From NCBI GenBank assembly GCA_002441425.1, contig DJWB01000001.1, positions 15,087-79,086 on the forward strand: DNA of 64,000 nt, written 5' to 3'. The notes beneath the pieces were generated by a model that saw only the letters and a program-made list of their open reading frames with translations, ran no database searches and was not told where the DNA came from. How positions within the stretch are numbered: position 1 is the stretch's first letter; every line of letters begins with the position of its first letter. The position numbers and the translations under genes are program-made. Of the stretch, positions 18,887 through 28,523 are shown piece after piece. Origin of the DNA: Patescibacteria group bacterium UBA6241 (lineage in GTDB: Bacteria; Patescibacteriota; Minisyncoccia; Phycocordibacterales; Phycocordibacteraceae).

Positions 18887-18963
18887 TACGCCGCTGATTG
18901 ACGGTATACCTATATATACGGTACGGTGTAGAGAACAGCCCTCGGGGCATTTATTTTTACCTT

Positions 18964-20748
18964 ATGGAAATCAGGAATATAGCTATTATCGCGCACGTGG
19001 ACCACGGGAAGACTACTCTTACCGATGCCATTTTGAAGCAAACAGGTGCTGCTGCTGAGGGTGTCTCCATGGACAACAACTCCATTGAACAGGAGCGTGG
19101 TATTACCATTTACTCAAAGAATGCTGCCGTTGAGTATAAGGGCACTAAGATCAACATCGTTGATACACCAGGCCACGCAGACTTTGGTTCTGAGGTGGAG
19201 CGCGTACTTCGCTCAATTGACTCAGTGCTTCTGATTGTGGACGCACAGGAGGGTCCAATGCCTCAGACTCGTTTCGTACTTAAGAAGTCTTTGGAGCTCG
19301 GGCTTAAGCCTATCGTTGTGCTTAACAAGATTGATAAGCCGGCAGCAGACCCAGCGAGAGCTGAGGAGCAGGTTCTTGAACTCTTCTTGGAGCTTGGTGC
19401 TTCAGACGAGCAGGCAGACTTCACTACTGTTTATGCTATTGGACGCGAGGGAGTTGCAATGAAGAAGCTTGATGACGAGCGCACAGACCTCACACCGCTT
19501 TTGGACACCATTCTTGAACTCGTTCCTGTTGCAGGAACTCCAGAACAAGTTGAGAAGCCACTACGTCTCCAGGCATTCAACTTAGCGTATGACAACTTCT
19601 TGGGACGCCTTGCAATTGCACGCGTATACGAGGGAGTTGTTAAATCAACCGACAACGTCATTGTAAAGAAGCCAGATGGAGCAACTCGTTCAGGAAAGCT
19701 CACTAAGATGTTTAGCTTTAAAGGTCTTGAGCGTGTTGAGGCTACTACCGCTCAGGCCGGAGACATCGTTATTATTGCTGGACTTCCTGACATCTTCATT
19801 GGAGAGACGGTTACTACCGATCCGAATGCAGAACCACTTCCAGCAATTGCAATTGATGAGCCAACCATCACCCTTAACTTCCTCGTTAACAACTCTCCAT
19901 TTGCAGGACGCGAAGGAAAGTACGTAACGAGTCGCCAGCTCCGCGAGTATCTTGAGCGCGAGCTTGAGGTTAACGTAGGACTTAAGGTTGATTTCGTATC
20001 TCCTGATGCGTTTAAAGTTTCAGGACGTGGAGAGCTCCACATCGCTATCTTGCTTGAGAACATGCGCCGTGCAGGATACGAAATGCAGGTTTCTCAGCCG
20101 CAGGTAATTGTGCGCGAAGAGGAAGGAGTAAAGATGGAGCCGTATGAGGAAGTGATTATTGATACACCTAGTGAATACCAGGGAGCCATCATTGAGCGTC
20201 TTGGCACACGCAGCTTCGTGCTTCAGAACCTTACACAAGACGGAGACATCGTACGTCTTACACTTGAGGGACCAACACGAGGTCTTCTTGGATACCGCAG
20301 CCAGTTTGTTATTGATACAAAGGGAGAAGGAATCCTCTCTTCTCGCGTACTTGGCTTTAAGCCATACGCAGGAGAAATCAAGAAGCGCCAGGTTGGTTCT
20401 ATGATTTCTATGGCAACAGGCAAGGCCCTTGGCTACGCCCTCTGGGGTCTTCAGGAGCGCGGTATCTTGTATATCTCTCCAGCAACTGAAGTGTATGAAG
20501 GAATGGTTATCGGAAACACGTCTAAGGGAGAGGAAATGACGACTAATCCTACAAAGGGGAAGAATCTTACCAACGTGCGTTCTTCTGGAAATGATGAGGC
20601 AATTAACCTCTTCCCTCCATACACGCTTACTATTGAGCGCGGACTTGAAGTTATGAGCGAGGACGAGTATCTGGAGATTACTCCCGAGAGTGTACGTTTG
20701 CGCAAGCAACACCTTACAGACAGCGAGCGCGCAAAAGCACGTCGCTAA
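18964..20748 (+). CDS. typA: translational GTPase TypA/BipA
   Basis: [20 protein letters not shown]1 motif, [13 protein letters not shown]. About 595 aa, the EF-G-like BipA length. Confidence 0.85.
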   Translation: MEIRNIAIIAHVDHGKTTLTDAILKQTGAAAEGVSMDNNSIEQERGITIYSKNAAVEYKGTKINIVDTPGHADFGSEVERVLRSIDSVLLIVDAQEGPMPQTRFVLKKSLELGLKPIVVLNKIDKPAADPARAEEQVLELFLELGASDEQADFTTVYAIGREGVAMKKLDDERTDLTPLLDTILELVPVAGTPEQVEKPLRLQAFNLAYDNFLGRLAIARVYEGVVKSTDNVIVKKPDGATRSGKLTKMFSFKGLERVEATTAQAGDIVIIAGLPDIFIGETVTTDPNAEPLPAIAIDEPTITLNFLVNNSPFAGREGKYVTSRQLREYLERELEVNVGLKVDFVSPDAFKVSGRGELHIAILLENMRRAGYEMQVSQPQVIVREEEGVKMEPYEEVIIDTPSEYQGAIIERLGTRSFVLQNLTQDGDIVRLTLEGPTRGLLGYRSQFVIDTKGEGILSSRVLGFKPYAGEIKKRQVGSMISMATGKALGYALWGLQERGILYISPATEVYEGMVIGNTSKGEEMTTNPTKGKNLTNVRSSGNDEAINLFPPYTLTIERGLEVMSEDEYLEITPESVRLRKQHLTDSERAKARR

Positions 20749-20754
20749 CAAAAC

Positions 20755-20779
20755 AAACGCCTCCTTCGGGAGGCGTTTT
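20755..20779 (+). terminator. rho-independent terminator (AAACGCCTCC-TTCG-GGAGGCGTTTT)
   Basis: Perfect hairpin plus T-run just after the typA stop. Confidence 0.7.
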
Positions 20780-20883
20780 GCGTTTCCCATACAGTTTGTT
20801 AGGGTACACGCATTCTTTGACAGAGATTGGACATAAGAAGGAGTGGGGAAGACCTCATTCTAGGATTTGAAGGGAAAGCAACA

Positions 20884-21237
20884 ATGCTGGGTACTCATGA
20901 GACACAAGCGTTCCTGGGGCGAGTCGCTGCTGTGGCTGAAGAGCTCGGCATCGGTTTCCCGCTTCAGGAGGACGGGCTCTCAATCAGGGAGCTGACCTTC
21001 GTGAATATGTTGGAGGACAGATATCCTCTGTTCGGCTCGGAGGACAACAAGGCAAGCCGTGCCCTCGTCCAGCTGCTCGTGGGAAACTCGCATGAGCTGG
21101 ATCTGGACGACGAATCCGTTCTGGAAAGGATGGAAATCTTCTTCGGTCCCATTTGGCACGAAGACGTTGGAAGCGGACGGCACAAGTTCGTTGACCTCGT
21201 GAAGCAGAGTCAGAAAATTCTGGTCGGCTTCAAATAA
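20884..21237 (+). CDS. hypothetical cytoplasmic protein, moderately GC-rich relative to neighbours
   Basis: ATG at 20884 preceded by GAAGGGAAA. A TTG-initiated longer version starts at 20827. No recognised family. Confidence 0.35.
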   Translation: MLGTHETQAFLGRVAAVAEELGIGFPLQEDGLSIRELTFVNMLEDRYPLFGSEDNKASRALVQLLVGNSHELDLDDESVLERMEIFFGPIWHEDVGSGRHKFVDLVKQSQKILVGFK

Positions 21238-21357
21238 TCCTGGAAGAGGCTGCGTGCACTGCACACTTCCTCCTCCATTCCTTCTTGTATCTACTTCATT
21301 AATTCTCCACCTGTACAGAGGTACTGTTAAGAATTATTGATCTTAACGAACACATGC

Positions 21358-21510
21358 ATGCTCTACACCATCGCTGTTATCTTACTCGTGCTCTGGCTTC
21401 TCGGACTTGTAACCTCCTATACGCTCGGCGGCTTCGTACACCTTCTTCTCGTAGTCGCTATCATCATGGTGCTCATCCGTCTCATTCAGGGAAAGAATCC
21501 TGTTGCGTAG
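21358..21510 (+). CDS. lmo0937-family small membrane protein
   Basis: 50-aa MLYTIAVILLVLWLLGLVTSYTLGGFVHLLLVVAIIMVLIRLIQGKNPVA matches the lmo0937-like small-protein pattern. Missed by the >=60-aa ORF track. Confidence 0.5.
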   Translation: MLYTIAVILLVLWLLGLVTSYTLGGFVHLLLVVAIIMVLIRLIQGKNPVA

Positions 21511-21513
21511 CCT

Positions 21514-21693
21514 ATGCCTCGCGGAGACAAATCTGCGTATACCGATAAGCAGAAACGACAGGCAAAGCATATAGAGGAAGGATACGAAAAGAAGGGCGTA
21601 TCTAAAGATGAAGCGGAAAAGCGCGCATGGGCAACGGTAAATAAGGAATCAGGAGGAGGGAAGAAGTCTGGGTCAGGAAGAGGAAAGAAATAG
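21514..21693 (+). CDS. small basic conserved protein (MPRGDKSAYTDKQKRQAKHIEEGYEKKGVS... family, often annotated plasmid-stabilisation/stress protein)
   Basis: 59-aa ORF 4 nt after the previous stop. The N-terminal motif is recognisably conserved across bacteria, with a glycine/lysine-rich tail. Confidence 0.45.
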   Translation: MPRGDKSAYTDKQKRQAKHIEEGYEKKGVSKDEAEKRAWATVNKESGGGKKSGSGRGKK

Positions 21694-21704
21694 GAAACAA
21701 CTTA

Positions 21705-21741
21705 CAAGAGAGCACTGTGCCAGGGGCACAGTGCTCTCTTG
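21705..21741. terminator. 17-bp perfect inverted repeat hairpin (CAAGAGAGCACTGTGCC-AGG-GGCACAGTGCTCTCTTG), probable terminator
   Basis: Begins 12 nt after the stop of the small basic ORF. No clear U-tract. Confidence 0.45.
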
Positions 21742-21907
21742 CGTTAAATCACGGTTCTGGTATACTTGTATTACAACAGTTGCTCCACGGATCGCCGTCT
21801 TGAAGAGAATTCAAGACCAGGCACCGCGCAGACGCGCATCGCTTGAGACTCTCGAGAACGGTTGAGCCAATTTTGGCGCCTTATAATTTACAAGGCACGG
21901 CGGACCC

Positions 21908-23344
21908 GTGCTCAGCATTCTCAACATGGATACAAAGAAAGATACGCGTTCACGCGGCCCACGCCGTACGAACGCACCCCAGCGCTCTCGTTTTGGAGGA
22001 CGCGATACTAGAACTAACCCTGCATACGAGGCAGGCATGCGCTTTGCGCTTGAAAACGGCTTTAAGCGTCCTATGACCGCTGCTGTTGAACAGCGCCGTT
22101 CAAGTGGAGGCTCTCGTGGTACTGGCCCTCGCCGCTCAAGTGGTGGACGCCCAGAACGCGGAACTGGCTCACGCCCAGAACGCTCTGGAAGTGCTCGCCC
22201 TGCACGTGGTGGAGGTCGTGGATACCAGGAGATGGCAGTAGACCTCTCAAAGCTCGTGAACAAAGCTCAGCCAGCTGAGGAGGTGGAGGCATATGCATCA
22301 ACACATGCATTCGCAGACTTTGCTATTGATGAACGCCTTAAGGCGAACATTGCGAGCAAGGGATACATAACCCCTACTCCAATTCAGGATCAGTCAATCC
22401 CACACGTACTTCTTGGAAAGGACGTAGTTGGTATTGCAAACACAGGAACAGGAAAGACTGCAGCATTCCTTATCCCCCTTATTGATAAAGTACTTAAGTT
22501 CCGTGCACTAGGAAATGATGAGCGTGTGCTCGTTATGGTACCTACACGTGAGCTTGCGATTCAGATTGAGTCTGAGTTCTTTGGCTTTGCTAAGGGACTT
22601 GGTCTTGCGTCTGTAACCTGCGTTGGTGGAGCAAACATTGTTCCCCAGATTCGTGTACTCAAGCGAAACCCAGCATTTGTAATTGGAACTCCAGGACGTC
22701 TTAAGGACCTTATGGAGCGCCGTGATCTAGACCTCACACACTTCGGAACTGTTGTGCTTGATGAGGCAGATCGCATGCTAGACATGGGATTCATTGATGA
22801 CATGCGCTTTATCCTAAGCAAGATGCGCAGCGAGCGTCACACACTCTTCTTCTCCGCAACAATGTCTCGCGACATTCAGGCACTCATTGGTGCTTTCCTA
22901 AAGGATCCTATAGCAGTGTCTGTTAAGACCCGTGAGACATCACACACAATTGATCAGGACGTAGTGAAAGTGCATCACTCACAGAAGTTTGATCGTTTGG
23001 TTGAGCTCTTGAAGGAGCCAGAGTTTGAAAAGACTCTCGTCTTTGGACGTACCAAGCATGGTGTTGAGCGCATGGCGAAAGACTTGCGACAGCAGGGCAT
23101 TCGCGCTGACTCTATTCACGGAAACAAGACACACAGCGCTCGCCAAAAGGCTCTCATTGCCTTCAAGCGTAACGATGTTCGTGTTCTTGTAGCAACTGAT
23201 GTTGCTGCACGTGGTCTAGACATCTCTGGTGTAACACACGTGATTAACTACGACCTCCCGTCTACGTACGAGGACTATACACACCGTATTGGCCGTACAG
23301 GACGCGCAGGAACTACTGGAAAGGCACTTACCTTCATTCCGTAA
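21908..23344 (+). CDS. DEAD-box ATP-dependent RNA helicase with Arg/Gly-rich N-terminal extension
   Basis: Q-motif region, AxTGTGKT, PTRELA, DEAD (VLDEADRMLDMGF), SAT, HRIGRTGR. N-terminal ~120 aa low-complexity R/G/S. Exact start uncertain. Confidence 0.8.
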   Translation: MLSILNMDTKKDTRSRGPRRTNAPQRSRFGGRDTRTNPAYEAGMRFALENGFKRPMTAAVEQRRSSGGSRGTGPRRSSGGRPERGTGSRPERSGSARPARGGGRGYQEMAVDLSKLVNKAQPAEEVEAYASTHAFADFAIDERLKANIASKGYITPTPIQDQSIPHVLLGKDVVGIANTGTGKTAAFLIPLIDKVLKFRALGNDERVLVMVPTRELAIQIESEFFGFAKGLGLASVTCVGGANIVPQIRVLKRNPAFVIGTPGRLKDLMERRDLDLTHFGTVVLDEADRMLDMGFIDDMRFILSKMRSERHTLFFSATMSRDIQALIGAFLKDPIAVSVKTRETSHTIDQDVVKVHHSQKFDRLVELLKEPEFEKTLVFGRTKHGVERMAKDLRQQGIRADSIHGNKTHSARQKALIAFKRNDVRVLVATDVAARGLDISGVTHVINYDLPSTYEDYTHRIGRTGRAGTTGKALTFIP

Positions 23345-23365
23345 ACAGAGCCTTCATACGAAGAC

Positions 23366-23398
23366 CCAAACCCCCGCCACTTGCTGGCGGGGGTTTGG
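23366..23398 (+). terminator. rho-independent terminator (CCAAACCCCCGCC-ACTTGCT-GGCGGGGGTTTGG)
   Basis: GC-rich perfect stem after the helicase stop. Confidence 0.6.
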
Positions 23399-23471
23399 TA
23401 TACTAGGGACATAGCATCTAAATTAGGGATATATACCAGGTATGGAAACGAATGCACAAGGAGGAGGATTT

Positions 23472-24170
23472 ATGGAAAAGTACCTCACACCCGTTGCGGT
23501 TGTGTTGGGCTGTGTGATTATTGCGGTCGCAATTGCGTTTGGCCAGGGGGGTGCAAAGAATGCACCACCAGATGGACAGGCGGTAGCAGTTGATATCAAA
23601 GACGTAGACACGGACTCAAGTCCATACATTGGAGAGAAGAACGCTCCCGTTACTATGGCTGTGTGGTACGACTATCAGTGCCCATTCTGCAAACAGTTTG
23701 AACTTACAACAACTGCAGACGTGTACGAGAACTATGTTAAGAGCGGGAAAGTTAAGATTGTGTTTAAGGACTTCCAATTCCTTGACGAGTACTCAAAGAA
23801 CCCAGATCGCAGCGAGGATTCTATGAGTGCAGCAGTATTTGGCCGAGCTGTATGGGATGCACATCCAGATCGCTTCTATGATTGGTTCCGTGCAATGGCA
23901 GAAAGCCAGGACGAAGAGTTTGATGGCTTCGGCGACTTTGCAAGTATTGAGGCGCTGACACGAACAATTTCAGGAATTGATACTGATCGTGTTCTTTCAC
24001 TCATAAACGACAAGCGTGATGAGTATGAGGCTGCAATTGCTGCAGATCGTGCAGAAGGACAAGCACTCGGTATCAACGGAACCCCAAGTATTGTCATTGG
24101 CACAACGCTCCTCTCAGGCGCGCAGCCATATGACGCTGTTAAGGCTCTGATTGACGCAGAACTTAAGTAA
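23472..24170 (+). CDS. membrane-anchored DsbA-like thiol:disulfide oxidoreductase (thioredoxin fold, CPFC active site)
   Basis: Strong SD AAGGAGGAGG before ATG 23472. TM anchor. WYDYQCPFCKQFE. Confidence 0.65.
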   Translation: MEKYLTPVAVVLGCVIIAVAIAFGQGGAKNAPPDGQAVAVDIKDVDTDSSPYIGEKNAPVTMAVWYDYQCPFCKQFELTTTADVYENYVKSGKVKIVFKDFQFLDEYSKNPDRSEDSMSAAVFGRAVWDAHPDRFYDWFRAMAESQDEEFDGFGDFASIEALTRTISGIDTDRVLSLINDKRDEYEAAIAADRAEGQALGINGTPSIVIGTTLLSGAQPYDAVKALIDAELK

Positions 24171-24178
24171 GAGAATTA

Positions 24179-24745
24179 GTGTTTGAAAAGCGGACTCTCT
24201 TAGGAGGGTCCGTTTTTCGTTTATACTTGATGTATATGCGTCCGGTTACGGTAGTGGTTTCAGACAGTATGCAGCGAGGGTATACGTATGTACGTACAGA
24301 ACCAATGGGAGAGAACTTCTCACCTGAATTCACACCAGACCTTACTCCTAAAGAAATGCTCGCGCTCGGTGTATTTGGAGGGAAGTATATGACCGATTGC
24401 AAAGAAGAGTTCCCTGCAGATTGGTTTATACATGCCCGCATGTCTCCGGGAGGACATGACAGATCCTGCAATTACTATGGTGTTGATGCTTCGCAATCTT
24501 TATCAGTTTGGAGAGCAAAGGGATGGATTTTTAAGGATGATCCAAGGGGATGGTTCCAATGGTACTGTCGGTATTTCAGTGGGAGACGTCTGCCAAAGGA
24601 GGATGAGCGACAGATAAAGAGATGGAAACAAATGGTACGACATGTAGCACAGGTGCGCCATGCCTGTAGGACGGGTGATGAAACCTGTCACACACGACAA
24701 CGACAGGCACTACTGCACTGGGCGTATGATAGTAGGAAATTATGA
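24179..24745 (+). CDS. conserved hypothetical protein (Trp-rich motif GWFQWYCRYFSGRR, C-terminal Cys/His cluster)
   Basis: 188-aa ORF. The motif block looks conserved but I cannot name the family with confidence. True start may be an internal Met. Confidence 0.4.
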   Translation: MFEKRTLLGGSVFRLYLMYMRPVTVVVSDSMQRGYTYVRTEPMGENFSPEFTPDLTPKEMLALGVFGGKYMTDCKEEFPADWFIHARMSPGGHDRSCNYYGVDASQSLSVWRAKGWIFKDDPRGWFQWYCRYFSGRRLPKEDERQIKRWKQMVRHVAQVRHACRTGDETCHTRQRQALLHWAYDSRKL

Positions 24746-25335
24746 CCAAAACACAAAGCGCATCATTCTTGGGCTTTCTATTTATTGTACTTACGTATTG
24801 TGCGTGGCAATTTCCTGAAGCACTCCGTGCCATAGATATTCCTATCGCATATGCGCTAGCCCCGCTTCAAACACTTGCAAGTATTCAGTTGTTTTTAGTT
24901 ATTACTGCACTTGCGGGAGTGCTTGGCACATTTCTTATTGCTGCGGGCGCAGTTTATTTCCTGAGGAACCATCTTCGCTATGCGCGATTCCTCGTGTATG
25001 TATTGCTTGGGAGTACTCTCAGTGCAAATTTAGTAAAAATACTCATTGCACGAATAAGACCAGAGCCGCTTCTCTGGTTTGATCCACTTCTTACATTCTC
25101 TTTTCCAAGTGGGCATGCAACGTCCGCGATGGCACTTTTTGGATCTATTGCTTTTATCAGCTCCCGGCTTGCGAGAGGGTACACACGTATATTTGTGTGC
25201 ACCGTCTCTCTTGCACTCGTAGTACTTATTGGTCTCAGCAGACTTATGCTGGGAGCGCACTTCTTCTCAGATGTGCTTGCGGGCTACATACTCGGCCTCT
25301 TTTGGATTGTGTTGTTCCTCCCAAAGAAATCTTAA
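24742..25335 (+). CDS. PAP2-family (type 2 phosphatidic acid / undecaprenyl-PP-like) phosphatase
   Basis: KxxxxxxRP (KILIARIRP), PSGH, SRxxxxxHxxxD (SRLMLGAHFFSD) motifs. Six TMs. Confidence 0.7.
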   Translation: MTKTQSASFLGFLFIVLTYCAWQFPEALRAIDIPIAYALAPLQTLASIQLFLVITALAGVLGTFLIAAGAVYFLRNHLRYARFLVYVLLGSTLSANLVKILIARIRPEPLLWFDPLLTFSFPSGHATSAMALFGSIAFISSRLARGYTRIFVCTVSLALVVLIGLSRLMLGAHFFSDVLAGYILGLFWIVLFLPKKS

Positions 25336-25997
25336 TCTTCTTTCTCCTTAACGCCGCGCAAGAATAGAAGCGCACCAGCTCCAACGATAAGCGCACCAGC
25401 TAACGGCACACCAACTGCAATAAAGAGAGAAGAGTTTGAAGGATCAAGCAGAGACCCAAACAGCACTGCTGCAGAGGAGACTGCTATTGATATTGGGAGG
25501 TACAAGAGTATGAACTTCCAATACGGAAGAGAGGAGAGACCTGCGCCGTAGGCGATGAGCTCAGGAAGCGCAAAGCAGGTAAGGCACATGTGGATGAAGC
25601 CCTTAGTCGTTCCCACATGGCGCACTACCTTTGCCAGAGTGCTTCGCTCCTTTCCAACTATAAAGCGGTTAACCATAGGGTATCCGAATATGCGGCTTAT
25701 GGTGAAAGCAATAGTTATGCCTAAGAAATCTCCTGCAACGATATATAAAATACCTGGCCAGAATCCGAACAAAAGCCCTACTAACGGATAGAGTGGGGAA
25801 CCCGAGAGAGGTGCAACAACAATAGTTGATGCCTTGAGTGCAATAAGAATGAGCGGAGCAACAGCGCCTGAGGTAAGCACCAGCTCCTGTAGCTGCTTAA
25901 TATCAACAAAGACCGTAAGGAGGAGGAGCAATGCAACGGTTATTCCAATACCAATAACGTTTAGCTGCTCGGTTACTTTTGCTTTGAGTTGTTCCAT
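25332..25997 (-). CDS. TVP38/TMEM64 (DedA-like) family membrane protein
   Basis: VAPLSGSPLYPLVGLLFGFWPG and the overall DedA-like topology. Confidence 0.55.
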   Translation of the reverse strand: MEQLKAKVTEQLNVIGIGITVALLLLLTVFVDIKQLQELVLTSGAVAPLILIALKASTIVVAPLSGSPLYPLVGLLFGFWPGILYIVAGDFLGITIAFTISRIFGYPMVNRFIVGKERSTLAKVVRHVGTTKGFIHMCLTCFALPELIAYGAGLSSLPYWKFILLYLPISIAVSSAAVLFGSLLDPSNSSLFIAVGVPLAGALIVGAGALLFLRGVKEKED

Positions 25998-26032
25998 GTC
26001 TGCTGATTATACGGTAGTGAGTGTGTAAAAAC

Positions 26033-26068
26033 ACGTAGACCGAACTCGCAGTGAGTCCGGTCGGGAAA
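26033..26068 (-). terminator. rho-independent terminator on minus strand (GACCGGACTCACTGCGAGTTCGGTC + TACGTGTTTTT)
   Basis: Hairpin plus T-run downstream (minus sense) of ORF 26080..26295. Confidence 0.5.
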
Positions 26069-26079
26069 GAGATAGGGCA

Positions 26080-26295
26080 CTACTTGATTGGCGTAGCTTG
26101 TGGAAGAACAAATGGTTCTTGAGAGAACTCAACTGTTCCAACACTTGCTGCAAGATCCGTAGCAACTAATGCGGATGTTTGCGCGCCTTTCAAGAAGATA
26201 AGGGCAGTGTGCTCTAGCTCTGTAAGAATCTCGGGGACAAGAAGCTTAAGGACGAGGATACATATTCCAAGCCCAATCGCCTGAAAAATAGGCAT
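26080..26295 (-). CDS. small membrane protein (hypothetical)
   Basis: 71 aa, one TM and a hydrophilic tail. Followed by a terminator. Confidence 0.3.
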   Translation of the reverse strand: MPIFQAIGLGICILVLKLLVPEILTELEHTALIFLKGAQTSALVATDLAASVGTVEFSQEPFVLPQATPIK

Positions 26296-26420
26296 AGAAT
26301 AATTGGGTTAGGTATATAAGTCATAGACAAGTGAATGCCAATGACGAGTGCGCTCCTGCGCTCTCGGTATCTCGCTGTAAGGTTCTGCCCCTCCACCCAC
26401 TAGAACCGGGGACCCAAGGC

Positions 26421-26834
26421 TTAGGTTTCAGGTTCCTCTGCGCCCTCCTCAAATTCAAGACAGACCGAATTGATGCAGTATCTTTTGCCTCCAGCGTCTT
26501 GAGGCCCGTCTGAAAATACATGCCCCAGATGCCCGCCACAGTTTTTACAGAAAACCTCAGTACGGTCCATGCCATGACTCGTGTCCACACGTGTGCCCAC
26601 GTTCTCGCTCACTGCAGGATCAGTGAATGAGGGCCAGCCACTTCCTGAGTCGTACTTCTTTGTTGAGTCAAAAAGTACAGCATTGCATGCTTTGCAGCGA
26701 TATACACCCTCTTCATGGTTGTCTACGTATTTTCCAGTAAAGGGAGCTTCGGTGCCGCCCTTACGTAATACTTCGTATTCTTCAGGTGTTAGTTTCTTCT
26801 TCCATGAGTCTTCTGTTTCAGGCGTGTGGTCCAT
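26421..26834 (-). CDS. msrB: peptide-methionine (R)-S-oxide reductase MsrB
   Basis: CxxC...CxxC zinc motifs ([21 protein letters not shown]) and SGWPSF. Start taken at MDHTPE (26834). Confidence 0.8.
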   Translation of the reverse strand: MDHTPETEDSWKKKLTPEEYEVLRKGGTEAPFTGKYVDNHEEGVYRCKACNAVLFDSTKKYDSGSGWPSFTDPAVSENVGTRVDTSHGMDRTEVFCKNCGGHLGHVFSDGPQDAGGKRYCINSVCLEFEEGAEEPET

Positions 26835-26888
26835 ATGTGGGTAAGTATACCAACTATGATTGCTGGGGAACCCAGTGCAGGGTACGAT

Positions 26889-27323
26889 ATGAAAATGCAT
26901 CGCACCGCAGTACTTGTTTCTCTTTTTGTATTATTGCTCGCAGGCCTTTCAGATTCTTGGTATCTCTACCAAAGTGCAATTACGGACACTGCACTTACCT
27001 GTGAGATTGGGGGAGTGTTGGACGGATGCAATATTGTTGCGCAGAGCCCGTATTCTCAGCTGTTGGGAATACCTCTGGCACTGTATGGAATCTTCTTTTA
27101 CGCATTACTTTTTGTACTCGTAGCCATCTGGACGCTTTTCCCTAAGAAAATCCTTTGGCAAGGCATCCATCTCCTGGCCCTAGGAGGCGTTGCTGCCTCA
27201 GCAGTATTTGTAGGAATACAACTATTCCTCATTAAGGCAATTTGTGTGTATTGCTTAGCTTCTGCGGCAATTGCAGTTATTTGCTGGTGGCTCATATATG
27301 GTCTGCGAAAGAGCGATTCTTGA
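26889..27323 (+). CDS. vitamin K epoxide reductase (VKOR)-family membrane protein
   Basis: [10 protein letters not shown] loop cysteine pair and the CVYC active-site motif in a TM helix. Start at MKMHRT (26889). Confidence 0.6.
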   Translation: MKMHRTAVLVSLFVLLLAGLSDSWYLYQSAITDTALTCEIGGVLDGCNIVAQSPYSQLLGIPLALYGIFFYALLFVLVAIWTLFPKKILWQGIHLLALGGVAASAVFVGIQLFLIKAICVYCLASAAIAVICWWLIYGLRKSDS

Positions 27324-27344
27324 CGATATTTCTATTGTGGTACT

Positions 27345-28520
27345 ATGGACATCATGAAGAGATCTCGCATAGCAGCAGCCATCCTTTTGATGCTCTTGCT
27401 CACTCCTGGAGCGGTTTCTGCTGCAACACTCGCGAGCGCACGTACGCTTGTTATATCTGAAGCACCTGCAGAGAACCTATATCTTGCGGGCACAGACATA
27501 ACCGTTACGGTGCCACTCCCAGCAGATCTCCTTGCCCTTGGAGGCACCCTCTCGCTCTCTGCTCCTGTTGCAGGAGATGCATTGCTTGGAGGAGGAACAG
27601 TCTCTGTACTGCATCCTGTAGAGGGAGACGTGCGTGCTGTTGGCGGACAGATTACGGTCTCTGCGCCTATCACTGGAGACCTCATGCTTGCGGGAGGCTC
27701 AGTTGTTGCATCAACTACGGCAAGAGATACACGCATTATTGGTGGCACGGTGCGACTCACTGGGTCAGGAGGACCGGTAGTTATTTATGGTGCGGACGTT
27801 ACTCTTTCTGGAAATTTTGATGGAGACGTAGAAATTATTGCATCAGATCGCATCACTCTTGCAGAGGGAACACGTATTGCAGGAACCTTTGAGTACGATG
27901 CTCCACAACAGGCAGCGATCCCAGCATCAGCTGAAATTACGGGAGCAGTTACGTATATTGGTGATTCTTCCTATTTGCCAACTATTGAACAAGCAAAGAC
28001 TTTTGCACTTGCAGGAGCGAGTGTGTTGTTTGTAGTTAAAGTTATTGCAGTGCTAATTCTTGCAGGACTCTTTGCAGGACTCTTCCCGGTATTTTCTCAG
28101 AGAGTTGCAGACAAAGCGCTCTCACGAACACCCGGACGTTTCGCACTTCTTGGACTACTTGGATTCGGAATGGTATTCGCAACACCAATGCTCGTACTCT
28201 TGCTGATGGTTTCGTTTGTGGGTATTGGCGTAGCATTCTTCCTTGGTACTGCGTACATACTTCTCCTCATGCTTGGATACATATATGCAGGTATTCTCGC
28301 AGGAGCAGCACTATCTCGCGGACTTATGAAGCGAACTCAGGTAACTTGGAAGTTTGCACTTCTTGGTATGCTCGCGTTGTATCTAATTAGCGTAGTACCT
28401 GTTGTTGGCGGACTCGTATCCTTCGTACTCTTCCTTGTTGCAACAGGATCTATAATTTCAATCCTCTTTCACTTTGCATTTACCCGTGAGACTCCTGAGG
28501 AACCGTTAGAAATTGAGTAG
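27345..28520 (+). CDS. secreted beta-helical repeat (bactofilin/DUF342-like) domain fused to a C-terminal polytopic membrane domain
   Basis: Signal peptide. ~180 aa of repeating G/A/V/T-rich beta-strand repeats (LAGGSVVAS, IIGGTVRLTG, IYGADVTLSG), then 5-6 TM helices. Confidence 0.45.
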   Translation: MDIMKRSRIAAAILLMLLLTPGAVSAATLASARTLVISEAPAENLYLAGTDITVTVPLPADLLALGGTLSLSAPVAGDALLGGGTVSVLHPVEGDVRAVGGQITVSAPITGDLMLAGGSVVASTTARDTRIIGGTVRLTGSGGPVVIYGADVTLSGNFDGDVEIIASDRITLAEGTRIAGTFEYDAPQQAAIPASAEITGAVTYIGDSSYLPTIEQAKTFALAGASVLFVVKVIAVLILAGLFAGLFPVFSQRVADKALSRTPGRFALLGLLGFGMVFATPMLVLLLMVSFVGIGVAFFLGTAYILLLMLGYIYAGILAGAALSRGLMKRTQVTWKFALLGMLALYLISVVPVVGGLVSFVLFLVATGSIISILFHFAFTRETPEEPLEIE

Positions 28521-28523
28521 GTC

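Noticed and set aside
18898-18963. Upstream extension of typA (MTVYLYIRYGVENSPRGIYFYL...)
   Set aside because: The conserved BipA N-terminus begins at [11 protein letters not shown], so the extension is non-coding leader.
21354-21570. Table ORFs 21354..21548 (+) and 21382..21570 (-) in the small-gene region
   Set aside because: Their translations are low-complexity Arg/His-rich. The alternative frames give two recognisable small-protein families, lmo0937-like and PRGDKS-type, which are preferred.
26296-26420. Possible structured ncRNA between msrB and the small membrane ORF
   Set aside because: The region is GC-moderate with overlapping short ORFs on both strands but no recognisable riboswitch or sRNA consensus. 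Most likely a 3' UTR or spacer.
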